A DNA stretch of 64,000 nt from Bacteroidota bacterium (GCA_043787975.1 JAYVUK010000071.1:104756-168755), one strand, 5' to 3'. Numbered from the stretch's first letter, positions 1 to 10,206 are shown. The notes: a model not told the origin generated them from the letters alone. Numbers and translations are program-made.

Positions 1-742
1 AGCGGAGGGAAGTAACATCACGGATGAAAAACTGAATGAAATCCTTTCGATGAAACCGCGTGCAGAAAAAATTGCGATCAAAGATGCAAAGCTTCGTACG
101 TTCATCACCAACGACACCGATCGGAGCGACATGGTTGCCCATGTGTATGATGTGACGTATGGAACCATTCGCATAGGCGTTGATAATTTGGTTGTGATTG
201 ATGACAGCATTGTGCGTGGAACCACCTTAAAGAACAGCATCCTCAAAATGCTGGATCGTTTAGGTCCGAAAAAAATTGTCGTTGTTTCTTCGGCTCCTCA
301 AATCCGTTATCCGGATTGTTACGGAATAGACATGGCGCGCATTGGCGACCTGGTCGCATTCCGTGCTGCCATCGCTCTGCTCGAAGAAAATAACATGGAG
401 CACATTGTGGATGAAACATATCACCGTTGTAAGGAACAGTTGGAGTCAGGTGTTAACCATCCTAAAAAAAACGGCGAAGGAATGAAAAATTTTGTTCGCA
501 TGATTTACCAACCGTTTTCTGCGGAACAGATCAGTGCGAAAATTGCGCAACTGGTGAAGCCGGAAAATTGTCATGCAGAACTTGAAATTATTTTCCAGAA
601 AATTGAAGATTTACATTCGGCTTGTCCAAACCATCGCGGCGATTGGTATTTCAGCGGCAACTATCCGACTCCCGGAGGAAACAAAGTAGTGAGCCGCGCT
701 TTTGTGAATTACATCGAGGGAATCAATGCAAGAGCATACTAA
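1..742 (+). CDS. purF: amidophosphoribosyltransferase, C-terminal part (gene begins upstream of window)
   Basis: Frame of ORF 50..742 stays open back to base 2. PRPP-binding loop VVIDDSIVRGTT and YPDCYGIDM are typical of PurF-type enzymes. Confidence 0.75.
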   Translation, partial: AEGSNITDEKLNEILSMKPRAEKIAIKDAKLRTFITNDTDRSDMVAHVYDVTYGTIRIGVDNLVVIDDSIVRGTTLKNSILKMLDRLGPKKIVVVSSAPQIRYPDCYGIDMARIGDLVAFRAAIALLEENNMEHIVDETYHRCKEQLESGVNHPKKNGEGMKNFVRMIYQPFSAEQISAKIAQLVKPENCHAELEIIFQKIEDLHSACPNHRGDWYFSGNYPTPGGNKVVSRAFVNYIEGINARAY

Positions 743-962
743 TGAAAGATGGAACCATACTATAAAACAGCATGGTTTGAAATTTTTGTTTGGGTATATT
801 TTGCAGCATCAAGGTTATGCGCAACCAATTGGGACACTCCTAACCAGAACAGTAGTGCAAGAAATGAACGGTAAAATAATACCTTAGCAACATAAATAAA
901 CTCATCAATCATTACCCGATTTTAAAGTATATACGTATTAATTCATCAATCAAAAAAAATCA

Positions 963-1523
963 ATGAAAATCTATGTTAAAAATATGGCTTGTGAAAGTTG
1001 CAAAGTAGTAGTTAAGGAAGCTTTGGAGGAACTTGACATCTCACCAGTAAAAGTAGAATTGGGGGAAATAGAAACTAAGAAAGATATCACTGATGAAGAA
1101 AAGAAGAAACTGAATAGTAAAATCAAAAAAGTTGGATTAGAGCTGTTAGAAAAAAAACAAGGGGTACTAATTGAGAAAATCAGAAAAGTCATGATAGGTT
1201 ATGTTTACAAATCAGATGAGAAACCAAATGTTAAGTTCTCTGTTTTGCTAAGCGAAGACTTAAATCATAGTTATACATACTTAGCTAATTTCTTTTCGGA
1301 AGTTGAAGCCACTACCATAGAACAATACCTTATTGCATTGAAAGTTGAACGAATAAAGGAGTTAATTATATTTGGAGAACATACCTTTTCGGAAATTGCG
1401 CACAAACTACATTACAGTAGTGTTGCCCATTTATCATCGCAGTTTAAAAAAATTACAGGGTTGACTCCATCGCATTTTAAAAGATTAAAAGAAAAAAGAA
1501 GAATTACCATTCAAAACATTTAA
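963..1523 (+). CDS. AraC-family transcriptional regulator with N-terminal HMA-like MxCxxC domain
   Basis: N-terminus MACESCKVVVKEALEEL resembles a heavy-metal-associated fold. C-terminus has an AraC-type HTH (FSEIAHKLHYSSVAHLSSQFKKITGLTPSHF). Confidence 0.7.
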   Translation: MKIYVKNMACESCKVVVKEALEELDISPVKVELGEIETKKDITDEEKKKLNSKIKKVGLELLEKKQGVLIEKIRKVMIGYVYKSDEKPNVKFSVLLSEDLNHSYTYLANFFSEVEATTIEQYLIALKVERIKELIIFGEHTFSEIAHKLHYSSVAHLSSQFKKITGLTPSHFKRLKEKRRITIQNI

Positions 1524-1947
1524 GCTCTCATATATCCAATTCACCATGACAAGTAAATGAACTTCTTACAACCTGTGGTGCGGCCTTCAAACTGTATGGC
1601 TTTGTAGCAACAGCTTGGCTGCGTGTAACAGAAAAAATCCGAAATAATTTTTTGAAGGGATGTATCGGAATTTAAAAAACAGAAAACAAAATTTCTTTCT
1701 GCTATCAAAAATTGCAATCTACTTGATGGTATGTTTGACAACTCATTGGTTGCAATTTTTTATTTACCTTTCTTCTATTAATCCCTTCAAAAATTTCTTT
1801 CGCAAATTCCTTCTACGATCTCCGCTATTTATTGCTACAGAAAAGCAAAAAGATTTCATCTCTCCATGTTGGCATGGACATTATTCGGATATCTCATTCC
1901 ACTAATTTCTATCCTATTCATTCAAAGAAAAGTGAAACAGGGTAAAA

Positions 1948-3939
1948 TTAAATCGGAATGGTAATTACAAATTCAGTGAACTCATTTTCCCTGCTGTCAA
2001 TTTTGATGTCTCCGCCATGTCCTTTAATTATATCGTAGCAGATGCTCAACCCCAAACCTGTTCCTTCCCCGGAAGGTTTTGTTGTGAAAAAGGGTTCAAA
2101 TATTTTTTCTTTTAAGTTTGCAGGAATCCCGGTTCCATTATCGCGAATGGTGATGGTCACAAACCTGTGTTGTAATACCGTTGAAATGCTGACTTTGGGC
2201 TTGTAGGTATTTTCAATTCCTGAAGGTTGTTCGTCCCCTCTTTTTTTCACGGCATAAAAGGCATTGGCAGTAATGTTTAAAAGAACCCTTGAAAAATCCT
2301 GTGAAATCACATTTACTTTTGGAAGTGCAGGGTCGAATGATTTCAAAATGTCGGTATTGAAGCTTGAATCCCTCGCACGCATACCATGATACGCAAGTCC
2401 GATAAATTCATCGCATAATTTGTTGAGGTCTGTAAGTTGCTTGTTTCCCAATCCTGAACGCGAATGTTGCAACATGCTTTTCACAATGCTGTCGGCCCGT
2501 TTGCCGTGTTCTGAAATTTTGTTGAGATTATTTTCAAGATCACCGAGAATCTCGTTTCGCTCTTCTGTATTGTCAGCTGTTTTTATTTCACCAACGAGTT
2601 CGACGGATAAATCAGCAAAATTATTTATGAAATTGAGTGGATTTTTTATTTCATGTGCAATACCGGCCGTAAGTCCGCCGAGCGAAGCAAGTTTTTCCTG
2701 CTGAATTAGTTGCTGCTGCGTTGCTTTAAGCGTTTCGTAGGTCGTAGCCAGTTGCAATGCACTCTTATGTTTGAGTCGTGCGCGGTTTAAAATGACAAGC
2801 AAAAGAATAACAAGCATGCCGATACCGGTGATGAAAGAATACTTCAGAATTTTTTGCTCTTGTATTTGCTCCTTTGAGATCGCCTCTTCCTTTTCCTGTT
2901 TTAGTTTTTGATCGTTGAGTTCTTTATCAAACACATATTTACTTTTTGATTCAGCAACGCGCTGTGCTACACTGCTGATGAAAATGGAATCCTTCAATTC
3001 TTTTAATTCATTCAGGTAAAAATAGGCTCTGTTAAAATCTCCTTTTTTGTAGTATGCCTGGTTCAATGTTTTCAATGATTCAAGCATGCTTATTTCATCA
3101 TGAGTTTGTTTTCCGATTCCATAACTGGTGCTTGCGTACCTGATGGCATCCTCAATCTTGTTCTTCTTTAAAAAAGCGGTGGAAAGAAAAGAATACGGTC
3201 GGCTAAGGCTGAAACTGTCATTATCTTCTTTGTCTATGGTCAACGACCGGTTGAGATAATAAAATCCACTGTCTAGATCACCGGCATCTACAAACATTTT
3301 GCCCATGTAGATATAACATTCTTTAATCCCGTGCATATTCCCCAGTTCGGTATATTCCCGGAGCGTTAGTGCAAAATACTTTTTTGCATCATCAATTTTT
3401 TTTAATTCAGAATTTGAAATGGCGATCAGGTAGTGAGCTGTTGCCTTTATCGTCGGATTACTTTGTGCGAATAAGATAGACTGCTCCAGGTTTTTTATAA
3501 CATCTTCATAATAGAGAAGTATGAAACTAACAACTCCTAACTGCAGGTAGCATCTTGAAACTCCTGAACTATCGTTTATTTTTTCAAAATTAAATTGTGC
3601 TTCCAGCAGATCAGTAGTGGCCTCTGCAAATTGGTTATTGCTTGACACTTCATATTTTCCTTTGTTAAGCAACGCATATGCAAGTCCTTTCCTGTAGGAA
3701 ATTCGCTTCGCTAAAAGTATTGCACGCTCAGTATATTGAGGTGTCATTCGTTTGGTACGAAGGTCCACCGTTTCCATGGAAGCTGCGGCCAGTTGATTCA
3801 GAATATTTACTTTCGAAGTATCTGTTTTCGCTGCTTGCAATTTGTTAAGCAATGAATCAATACGCAACTGACCTTCACTTTGTGCAAACAGGTAACCATA
3901 AAAAATAAAAAAGGTTGTTATAGCAAGTATTTTTTTCAT
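1948..3939 (-). CDS. sensor histidine kinase with periplasmic TPR-like repeats
   Basis: Signal peptide, repeated TPR-like helices, one TM segment and a coiled coil. HisKA H-box GIAHEIKNPLNF and HATPase G-boxes (DNGTGIP, GTGLGLS). Confidence 0.85.
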   Translation of the reverse strand: MKKILAITTFFIFYGYLFAQSEGQLRIDSLLNKLQAAKTDTSKVNILNQLAAASMETVDLRTKRMTPQYTERAILLAKRISYRKGLAYALLNKGKYEVSSNNQFAEATTDLLEAQFNFEKINDSSGVSRCYLQLGVVSFILLYYEDVIKNLEQSILFAQSNPTIKATAHYLIAISNSELKKIDDAKKYFALTLREYTELGNMHGIKECYIYMGKMFVDAGDLDSGFYYLNRSLTIDKEDNDSFSLSRPYSFLSTAFLKKNKIEDAIRYASTSYGIGKQTHDEISMLESLKTLNQAYYKKGDFNRAYFYLNELKELKDSIFISSVAQRVAESKSKYVFDKELNDQKLKQEKEEAISKEQIQEQKILKYSFITGIGMLVILLLVILNRARLKHKSALQLATTYETLKATQQQLIQQEKLASLGGLTAGIAHEIKNPLNFINNFADLSVELVGEIKTADNTEERNEILGDLENNLNKISEHGKRADSIVKSMLQHSRSGLGNKQLTDLNKLCDEFIGLAYHGMRARDSSFNTDILKSFDPALPKVNVISQDFSRVLLNITANAFYAVKKRGDEQPSGIENTYKPKVSISTVLQHRFVTITIRDNGTGIPANLKEKIFEPFFTTKPSGEGTGLGLSICYDIIKGHGGDIKIDSRENEFTEFVITIPI

Positions 3940-4070
3940 CAGAAAGATTTTTTACTTCCAAACCTTGATTTGATAAAACATGTTGATTTCGAAGTGGAGC
4001 TATTTTCTGGTCATGGAAAAGAATAGAATAAGGTCATCCCTATTTTGCCAATGACCCGCATAAGTGATTT

Positions 4071-4628
4071 TTAATGTTTCGGCACTTTGGCAATGTACTG
4101 GTTGAAGTAATTTATCCGGCCGTCTTTTAACATCCACCTTTCATACATCAGTGTAGTGTCTGCCGCACCCATTTTTGGATATCTTCTTTCATAGCACCAG
4201 ACATTTACCCAGTCTTCATTTTTATCATTGCTATGAATGCTTTCCCACGTGGTAATGTCGAAACGGAGAGAATCTAATTTATCCATTTCCCTTTTTGCAA
4301 CTGCAAGCAATCCCGCAACAGATCCATGATAGCCATGTCCGCTTGCATTTTCATACGTAACTGTATCTGCGAAGTAAGGTTTCATATCATCCACCCGGTT
4401 ATGCTCAAACATTTTCCAGATTGTGAGAACTTTTTGTGCGTTTTCGGGGTGAGTTGACATTGACAGATCCGAAGAATAAAGAGCCTTGTAAGGATAAGTT
4501 GTCGTATCCTTTGTAACAGGATTGCTACTTACATCATTCTTCTTTTCATCATTTTTAATTTTTGTAGAGTTCGTATTGCACGAAATAAAAACAGAAGCAA
4601 TGAATACCAAATAGAATAATGTTTTCAT
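4071..4628 (-). CDS. lipoprotein, SnoaL/NTF2-like fold (tentative)
   Basis: Lipobox-like N-terminus (VFISCNTN). The remainder resembles NTF2-like proteins. Product assignment is weak. Confidence 0.45.
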   Translation of the reverse strand: MKTLFYLVFIASVFISCNTNSTKIKNDEKKNDVSSNPVTKDTTTYPYKALYSSDLSMSTHPENAQKVLTIWKMFEHNRVDDMKPYFADTVTYENASGHGYHGSVAGLLAVAKREMDKLDSLRFDITTWESIHSNDKNEDWVNVWCYERRYPKMGAADTTLMYERWMLKDGRINYFNQYIAKVPKH

Positions 4629-4661
4629 ACGAGGTGAGTTGGTTTTTAAAGGATGAAATTA

Positions 4662-4827
4662 AGAAACTGTTTAAATTTATATTGTAAAAATGTTTATAGC
4701 GAATTTTTGAGTGAGACAACGAAGTGTTTTGAAGCCCTAGTGGAACTAACTACGGCAAGAAACACGGAGGAAGTCGCAACCAAAAAGACGCATAAACAAA
4801 TTATGAGATAAATTTTAAACAGTTTCT
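4662..4827. repeat. long imperfect palindrome (about 166 bp, MITE-like or structured RNA)
   Basis: Terminal arms agaaactgtttaaatttat / ataaattttaaacagtttct. The inner halves also pair partially (tgtttat..gcg..tttttg..gtgttt). Confidence 0.55.
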
Positions 4828-4874
4828 AATAACGAATGAGATTTTCGATCAGGAAAACCCAAAAATAATAATTC

Positions 4875-5312
4875 CTATTTCCTGTATCCTTCGCTTCCGA
4901 ATGCCTCACCTTTTCCGGTCTGGCAAAACTGACGCAGGCTCTCCATGTACCTGGCCCAGCTGAAACAAACGCTTGCATAAGAATCGTCTTGTTCCGTAAA
5001 TCCGTTATGCGAAAAACGAATACGGGTTTTACCATCATTCTCATCGAGCCTGATTGAAAATGTATTTCCAATCCAGCCATGATCGCTTGCAACACATTCC
5101 CATGCGACGCTTTCATTTGGTTTTAATTCGGTAACCTTCATATCCATGCCGCCCATCGTTGCGAAACGGAATTGAATGATGCCGCCAACAGCAGTATTGC
5201 CTGTCGTTTGAATAGTCCACCAGTTTGATAAACCGTTAATGGAAGAAATGGCTTCAAATACTTTTTGTTTTGAAGCATTGATGTGAAAGAGATGCTTGAT
5301 GGAGTAAGTCAT
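4875..5312 (-). CDS. SRPBCC / AHSA1-like domain protein
   Basis: About 145 aa. N-terminus MTYSIKHLFHINASKQKVFEAISSINGLSNWW is typical of Aha1/SRPBCC-family proteins. Confidence 0.65.
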   Translation of the reverse strand: MTYSIKHLFHINASKQKVFEAISSINGLSNWWTIQTTGNTAVGGIIQFRFATMGGMDMKVTELKPNESVAWECVASDHGWIGNTFSIRLDENDGKTRIRFSHNGFTEQDDSYASVCFSWARYMESLRQFCQTGKGEAFGSEGYRK

Positions 5313-5448
5313 GATATTTGGATTTGAATTTTAATAATGAATGCAAATTAATAATCAGGCAAAGTTGATGAATTTTTTTGCGAAGATAAATGGTGTTGAA
5401 TGATAAAAGCACAAATATTTTTTTCTCACAATCGTTATTAGAAAAAAA

Positions 5449-6078
5449 ATGATGAGAAATAATTGTGTTTTTCCGCTCCTTTTTATTCTCTTCTCTCCTA
5501 CAGGACTTCATGCGGAGGGGCAAATCAAAAAATTACCCGGAACATTTTCTATAGGCACGCGCAGCACGGCAAGTTTGTTTAACAGAGATGGCGAAGGCAG
5601 CGCAGGAATTGGTATTGGCGGACAGATCAGGCTGCAGTTCAGCGACAAAGTAAATTCGGAATGGTTTGCCGATTTCATTACATCGTCCATTGATAACCGT
5701 GCTTCACGAACAGATTATCATGTGGGTTGGTCGTTGATGTTTTATGTAGGAAACAAAAAGGATTTCACGAACTTGGTTCAACCGTATATTTTAGCAGGAC
5801 ATTGCTTTGATTACACACGCGTGACGGATGACAGCAACAATGCAAACTTCAAAGACCGATGGAGTATGGCGATGCAGGCAGGTTTGGGAACACATTTTAA
5901 TGTCACACCGCGTTTTGATTTTTCTCTTTCGGCGCAGTACATGTTGCATCTCGGTAAAGACATTCATACTGATGTGCAGGAAAATGAAATCGTAATTGAA
6001 AAAAGTAATTCTTCAAAGCCGGAAGGCCATCTGCTCGTTACCGTAAGCATCAACTACAAGATTGCGAATCTGTGGTAA
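5449..6078 (+). CDS. outer-membrane beta-barrel protein (porin-family)
   Basis: Signal peptide, alternating beta-strand pattern, terminal aromatic residue (..YKIANLW). Confidence 0.55.
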   Translation: MMRNNCVFPLLFILFSPTGLHAEGQIKKLPGTFSIGTRSTASLFNRDGEGSAGIGIGGQIRLQFSDKVNSEWFADFITSSIDNRASRTDYHVGWSLMFYVGNKKDFTNLVQPYILAGHCFDYTRVTDDSNNANFKDRWSMAMQAGLGTHFNVTPRFDFSLSAQYMLHLGKDIHTDVQENEIVIEKSNSSKPEGHLLVTVSINYKIANLW

Positions 6079-6099
6079 TACTGCTCCAACTATATTTGT

Positions 6100-7491
6100 T
6101 TAGTCCGTGATAGCGAGTTTCTCAGTAGCAATTACGTGGTCGTTTTGTGTAAGGCGGACAAAATAAATACCGGCCGGCAAATTGTTTCTGTTAAGAGTGA
6201 TGGTTTTCCCTGAAATCTTTTTTAATGTTTTTATAATTTGCCCAAACTCATTAAACAGATTTAATTCTCCATTGCTGATTGAGTGGCTCCAGTTAATAGT
6301 AACTGTTGTATAAAAAGGATTCGGATAACTATGAATAGTTATTTCGCTCGTGTTTACTTCTGTTATACCAGTTGGGTTGATGATTTCAAAGGGCTGGGAA
6401 CACGTGATACCATTGTATGTTGCCTGGAATGTATACGTGCCCGATACAGTTGGAAGTAATTTAGAGAAACCATAATAGCTCAGTTTATTTGCCGAACTGA
6501 TATTGTAATTCCAGCTGTTATATACAGTCGTATTCGGATTCAGGATACTCATACTTAATTGTGTTCCGCTAGAGCTGTTTCTTACAAAGACATAAAACTT
6601 TGCATAGCCGGGATTTAATCCGGCACCTTGAAACGGAATCGTGTATGAGGTACTTTCATTGGTCGTTTCAGTTATTCCGCAGGCAGGAAAAGAAATGTCC
6701 GTGGTATGGACTGATGCTTTTATAGGCGCAGGTTCTGTATAGGGTTTTTGAACAGTCCACCATGTGGAAGCATTGAATAAATTGCAGGTGTCGGCAAAAG
6801 GATCTACGAGTGTACTTACTGTGCTTCCTGCCCAGACTTCAAAATGAAGATGCGGACCGGATGAACTGCCTGAGCTTCCAACAACACCAAGGTATTCTCC
6901 TGAGGTAACAGTTTGCCCGATAATCTTAGGTGTAAGAGAATTTTTTTTCATGTGCCAGTAGAATGCATAGGAACCGTCTGAATGTTGAATGACGATATAA
7001 TTAGCCGTTAAGCCGCTGCCAACTCCTACACAATTCCTGTCGTATTCTCCGTCATGTTTGTCAATGATTGTTCCTGCTGCTGCTGCAATCACTTCCACCT
7101 CGCTGCTATCCATTTTGTAAAATGGAAATGGTCCGGTGGCAATGTCTGTTCCTCTATGTCCATCATAGGTATTTGTGCCGCAATTATAATCTGTGAATGT
7201 TGTTGTAGCCGCATCATGATCAACATAAGCAGCAACATAGTAAAAGCTACAGTCATTAAAACCGGCTGCTGCCTGAAGAGGCCAGTTTAATAGCACGGAT
7301 GCTGTGGATCGCTGCGAAGGATTAGTAAGACCAAATGACTCAGCATTTTCATGAATGCGTTGTTCAATAAGATGGTATTGCTCCGCTGTGATGCATGGAT
7401 TGGAAGCATTATTCATTTCCGTTTGCGCATATACATGCATGGTATGCAGACAGAAAAATGCAATCAGGAGGTAAAGTAGTTTTGTCTTCAT
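6100..7491 (-). CDS. M23 family metallopeptidase with T9SS C-terminal sorting domain
   Basis: Signal peptide. M23 motifs HRGTDI and GPHLHFEV. C-terminus YPNPF...GIYFVRL...KLAITD is typical of a T9SS CTD. Confidence 0.85.
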   Translation of the reverse strand: MKTKLLYLLIAFFCLHTMHVYAQTEMNNASNPCITAEQYHLIEQRIHENAESFGLTNPSQRSTASVLLNWPLQAAAGFNDCSFYYVAAYVDHDAATTTFTDYNCGTNTYDGHRGTDIATGPFPFYKMDSSEVEVIAAAAGTIIDKHDGEYDRNCVGVGSGLTANYIVIQHSDGSYAFYWHMKKNSLTPKIIGQTVTSGEYLGVVGSSGSSSGPHLHFEVWAGSTVSTLVDPFADTCNLFNASTWWTVQKPYTEPAPIKASVHTTDISFPACGITETTNESTSYTIPFQGAGLNPGYAKFYVFVRNSSSGTQLSMSILNPNTTVYNSWNYNISSANKLSYYGFSKLLPTVSGTYTFQATYNGITCSQPFEIINPTGITEVNTSEITIHSYPNPFYTTVTINWSHSISNGELNLFNEFGQIIKTLKKISGKTITLNRNNLPAGIYFVRLTQNDHVIATEKLAITD

Positions 7492-7545
7492 TATAGTGGA
7501 TATTAGTACCTATAACTTTAGACTGAATAATCAGGATTTTGGTTG

Positions 7546-7565
7546 CAATTCTTTGTAAAGAATTG
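7546..7565. promoter_or_regulatory. 9-bp inverted repeat CAATTCTTT-GT-AAAGAATTG upstream of the M23 peptidase gene
   Basis: Perfect 9+9 palindrome 55-74 nt upstream of start 7491. No flanking T-run, so more operator-like than terminator-like. Confidence 0.3.
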
Positions 7566-7638
7566 GCGGATCTGTAAAAATGGTTGGTGAAAACTTTACG
7601 ACACCATCTTTTTCGAAAATTTGTGAAGTGCTAAAAAA

Positions 7639-8880
7639 CTATTCATCCTTACTCACCGCCTGCAACGAAATCTTTTTCTCGACTAACTTTTTTGCAGGAT
7701 ACCATGCTGCGAGCATACCAATGGAGAAAACGGTGATGAAGACATACAAAAAATCGAGCGGCTGAATGTACATCGGATAAGCATCTATAACGAACGAACC
7801 ACTCCCGCTTAATTTGATGATGCCGTAGCGCTGCTGGAGAAAACAAATAATTCCTCCACCGATTAAACCGATAGTGGCACCCATGAAGGTGATGAACAAC
7901 CCTTCGGTGAGAAAAATTTTTCGCAAAAAGCTCACATCGGCTCCCATGCTGTGAAGCACGGCAATGTCGTGTTGCTTCTCAATGATGAGCATCGTAAGCG
8001 AACCAATAACATTGAATGTGGCGATGAGGAGAATGAAAGCAAGAATTAAAAATACAGCCCATCGTTCGCTTTTCATGATACGATAGATAACAGAATGTTG
8101 TTGGAAGCGATCCTGCAAAACAAATTTATTTCCGATTGAATTTTTTAGTTGCGCCATCACGTTTTCTATGTTCGCACCCGGAACCGTAGCAATTTCAAGC
8201 GCTGACAGATGTGTGTCGTATTCAAAAAGCTCCTGCGCAAACCGTAACGGTACAATAATATATTTTGCATCAAACTCCTGCTGCACGGCAAAAACTCCTG
8301 TTGGTGAAATGTGTCTTCGGTTAAATGATTCTTCGGGATTGCTGAGAGAAGAAGCATCTCTGCGTGGTGCAAAAATTTCGACCTGGCTGAAAAGGTCTCC
8401 GAGATTCATTTGAAGATTGTAGGCGATGGCGCCACCAACAAGAGCGAAGTCAGTATCTCCACGTTGCAATAAAAATTCTCCGTTCACAATCATGGTATCA
8501 AGACCGCTGGTTTGCCGAAACTCTTCACTCACGCCTTTAATGGTAACGATGTCTTGTTTGTCGTGGTATTTTACCAATGCATTTTCTTCGAGTACACACG
8601 TAATTGCTTTGATGCCATTAATTTTTTTCAATGTGCTGAGAGGAATCGTATTTGCATCAAATGATTTTCCTTCGTTGAGCGTGACTTTAATGCCAGGATC
8701 AAATGAATTGTAAAGTGATACGACTAATTTTTCAAAACCATTGAATGCGGAGAGAACGATAATTAGCGCACCTGTTCCGATCACAATGGCGATGACAGAT
8801 ATCAACGAAATCACATTGATTGCCCGCTGTGATTTTTTCGAAAAAAAATATCGCTTTGCTATGAAAAGGGAAAGGTTCAT
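7639..8880 (-). CDS. FtsX-like ABC transporter permease (LolC/LolE-type)
   Basis: 413 aa with an N-terminal TM, a large periplasmic loop and three C-terminal TMs. N-terminus FIAKRYFFSKK is typical of LolE-like permeases. Confidence 0.8.
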   Translation of the reverse strand: MNLSLFIAKRYFFSKKSQRAINVISLISVIAIVIGTGALIIVLSAFNGFEKLVVSLYNSFDPGIKVTLNEGKSFDANTIPLSTLKKINGIKAITCVLEENALVKYHDKQDIVTIKGVSEEFRQTSGLDTMIVNGEFLLQRGDTDFALVGGAIAYNLQMNLGDLFSQVEIFAPRRDASSLSNPEESFNRRHISPTGVFAVQQEFDAKYIIVPLRFAQELFEYDTHLSALEIATVPGANIENVMAQLKNSIGNKFVLQDRFQQHSVIYRIMKSERWAVFLILAFILLIATFNVIGSLTMLIIEKQHDIAVLHSMGADVSFLRKIFLTEGLFITFMGATIGLIGGGIICFLQQRYGIIKLSGSGSFVIDAYPMYIQPLDFLYVFITVFSIGMLAAWYPAKKLVEKKISLQAVSKDE

Positions 8881-8916
8881 TAAAATCTAACTGTTCTGGT
8901 AAATTAATTTTAAGCG

Positions 8917-8967
8917 GCAGTAGGCAGCTGCGGTATGCAGGAACTGCCAACTGCAGCTGCCTACTGC
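8917..8967. repeat. AGT-heptamer-type hairpin (15-bp arms GCAGTAGGCAGCTGC / GCAGCTGCCTACTGC)
   Basis: Perfect 15-bp inverted arms read directly. The right arm overlaps the last codons and stop of pgk. An A/T-rich tract follows on the minus strand. Confidence 0.75.
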
Positions 8968-10178
8968 GTACTCAAAATCGCCTTCACTCCCGGTAACTCT
9001 TTTCCTTCCACGTATTCCAGCAGCGCGCCACCACCGGTAGAAACATAACTTACTTTGTCCGAAAGCTTAAATTTATTGATTGCTGCAGCCGAATCTCCGC
9101 CACCGATTAGCGAGTAAGCACCGTGTGATGTTGCGTCCGCAATAGCTTCAGCCATTTTCCGTGTTCCGGTTTCAAATTTTTGCATTTCAAAAACACCCAT
9201 CGGTCCGTTCCATAAAATGGTTTTTGATTTGGAAATCACTTCACAAAATTCCTGTGTTGCTTTCGTCCCGATATCAAGTCCCATCCATCCGGAAGAAATA
9301 TTCCTGTTATCAACTTCAGAAGTGTTCGCTTCGTTGTCGAAATTGTCTCCGGCAATGGAATCAACGGGTAGCATGAGGTTGCAATTTTTTTCTTTTGCTA
9401 ATTGCAGCAAGTGTTTTGCAAGATCAAGTTTATCTTCTTCCACCAATGAGTTGCCGATGTTTCCGCCAAGTGCTTTGAAAAAAGTGTAAGCCATTCCTCC
9501 GCCGATTAAAATGTTGTCGGCTTTGCCGATCAGACTTTCAATGAGCAGAATTTTATCACTCACCTTGGCTCCTCCAATCACGGCCGTGAACGGATGCTGC
9601 GGATTATTCATGATCTTTTCTGCATTTTCAATTTCCTTTGCCATGAGATAACCAAAGAATTTTTTGCCCGGAAAAAATTTGGCAATCACTGCCGTGGAAG
9701 CATGCGCACGGTGCGCAGTTCCGAATGCATCATTCACATACACATCACCGTGTTTCGAAAGATTTTCCGCAAAACCTTCGTCACCTTTTTCTTCTTCTTT
9801 GTAAAAGCGAAGATTTTCCAGCAGCAATACTTCTCCGGCTTTTAAGTTTCGCGATTGTTCAAATGATTGATCACTGATGCAATCATCCGCAAATTTAATT
9901 TCACGATTGAGTAATCCGGAAAGACGTTTCACTACATGTTTCAGCGAAAATTTTTGACGATCGACAGTTCCGTCTTCCTTGAGTTTTTTTAATGGTCTCC
10001 CGAGATGACTCATCAATACAATGCTTCCGCCGTCATTTAATATTTTCTTAATCGTTGGAATGGAAGCCGTGATGCGACTGTCATCGGTAATGTTGAATTG
10101 TTTATCAAGCGGAACATTGAAGTCAACGCGGATCAATGCTTTATGTCCTGAAAAATTAAAATTGTCAATCGTTTTCAT
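8961..10178 (-). CDS. pgk: phosphoglycerate kinase
   Basis: Full-length match to Pgk hallmarks (RVDFNVP, SHLGRP, GGGDS, STGGGA). Confidence 0.95.
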   Translation of the reverse strand: MKTIDNFNFSGHKALIRVDFNVPLDKQFNITDDSRITASIPTIKKILNDGGSIVLMSHLGRPLKKLKEDGTVDRQKFSLKHVVKRLSGLLNREIKFADDCISDQSFEQSRNLKAGEVLLLENLRFYKEEEKGDEGFAENLSKHGDVYVNDAFGTAHRAHASTAVIAKFFPGKKFFGYLMAKEIENAEKIMNNPQHPFTAVIGGAKVSDKILLIESLIGKADNILIGGGMAYTFFKALGGNIGNSLVEEDKLDLAKHLLQLAKEKNCNLMLPVDSIAGDNFDNEANTSEVDNRNISSGWMGLDIGTKATQEFCEVISKSKTILWNGPMGVFEMQKFETGTRKMAEAIADATSHGAYSLIGGGDSAAAINKFKLSDKVSYVSTGGGALLEYVEGKELPGVKAILSTQ

Positions 10179-10198
10179 CGGTTGGTTTTCGTTCAGTG

Positions 10199-10206
10199 CA
10201 AATATA
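10199..10206 (-). promoter_or_regulatory. candidate Bacteroidota -7 box (TATATTTG)
   Basis: Matches TAnnTTTG on the minus strand about 20 nt upstream of the pgk start. Confidence 0.4.

Noticed and set aside
1524-1947. 424-bp gap between the AraC-like gene and the histidine kinase, searched for a small gene or ncRNA
   Set aside because: It contains only short low-complexity ORFs (1541..1741, 1660..1905) and a weak A/T hairpin (aaaaattgcaa / ttgcaattttt). Nothing is supportable from sequence alone.
4826-5116. 96-aa ORF overlapping the SRPBCC gene in another frame on the same strand
   Set aside because: The 4875..5312 frame carries the recognisable SRPBCC/AHSA1-like sequence, and the alternative frame has none.
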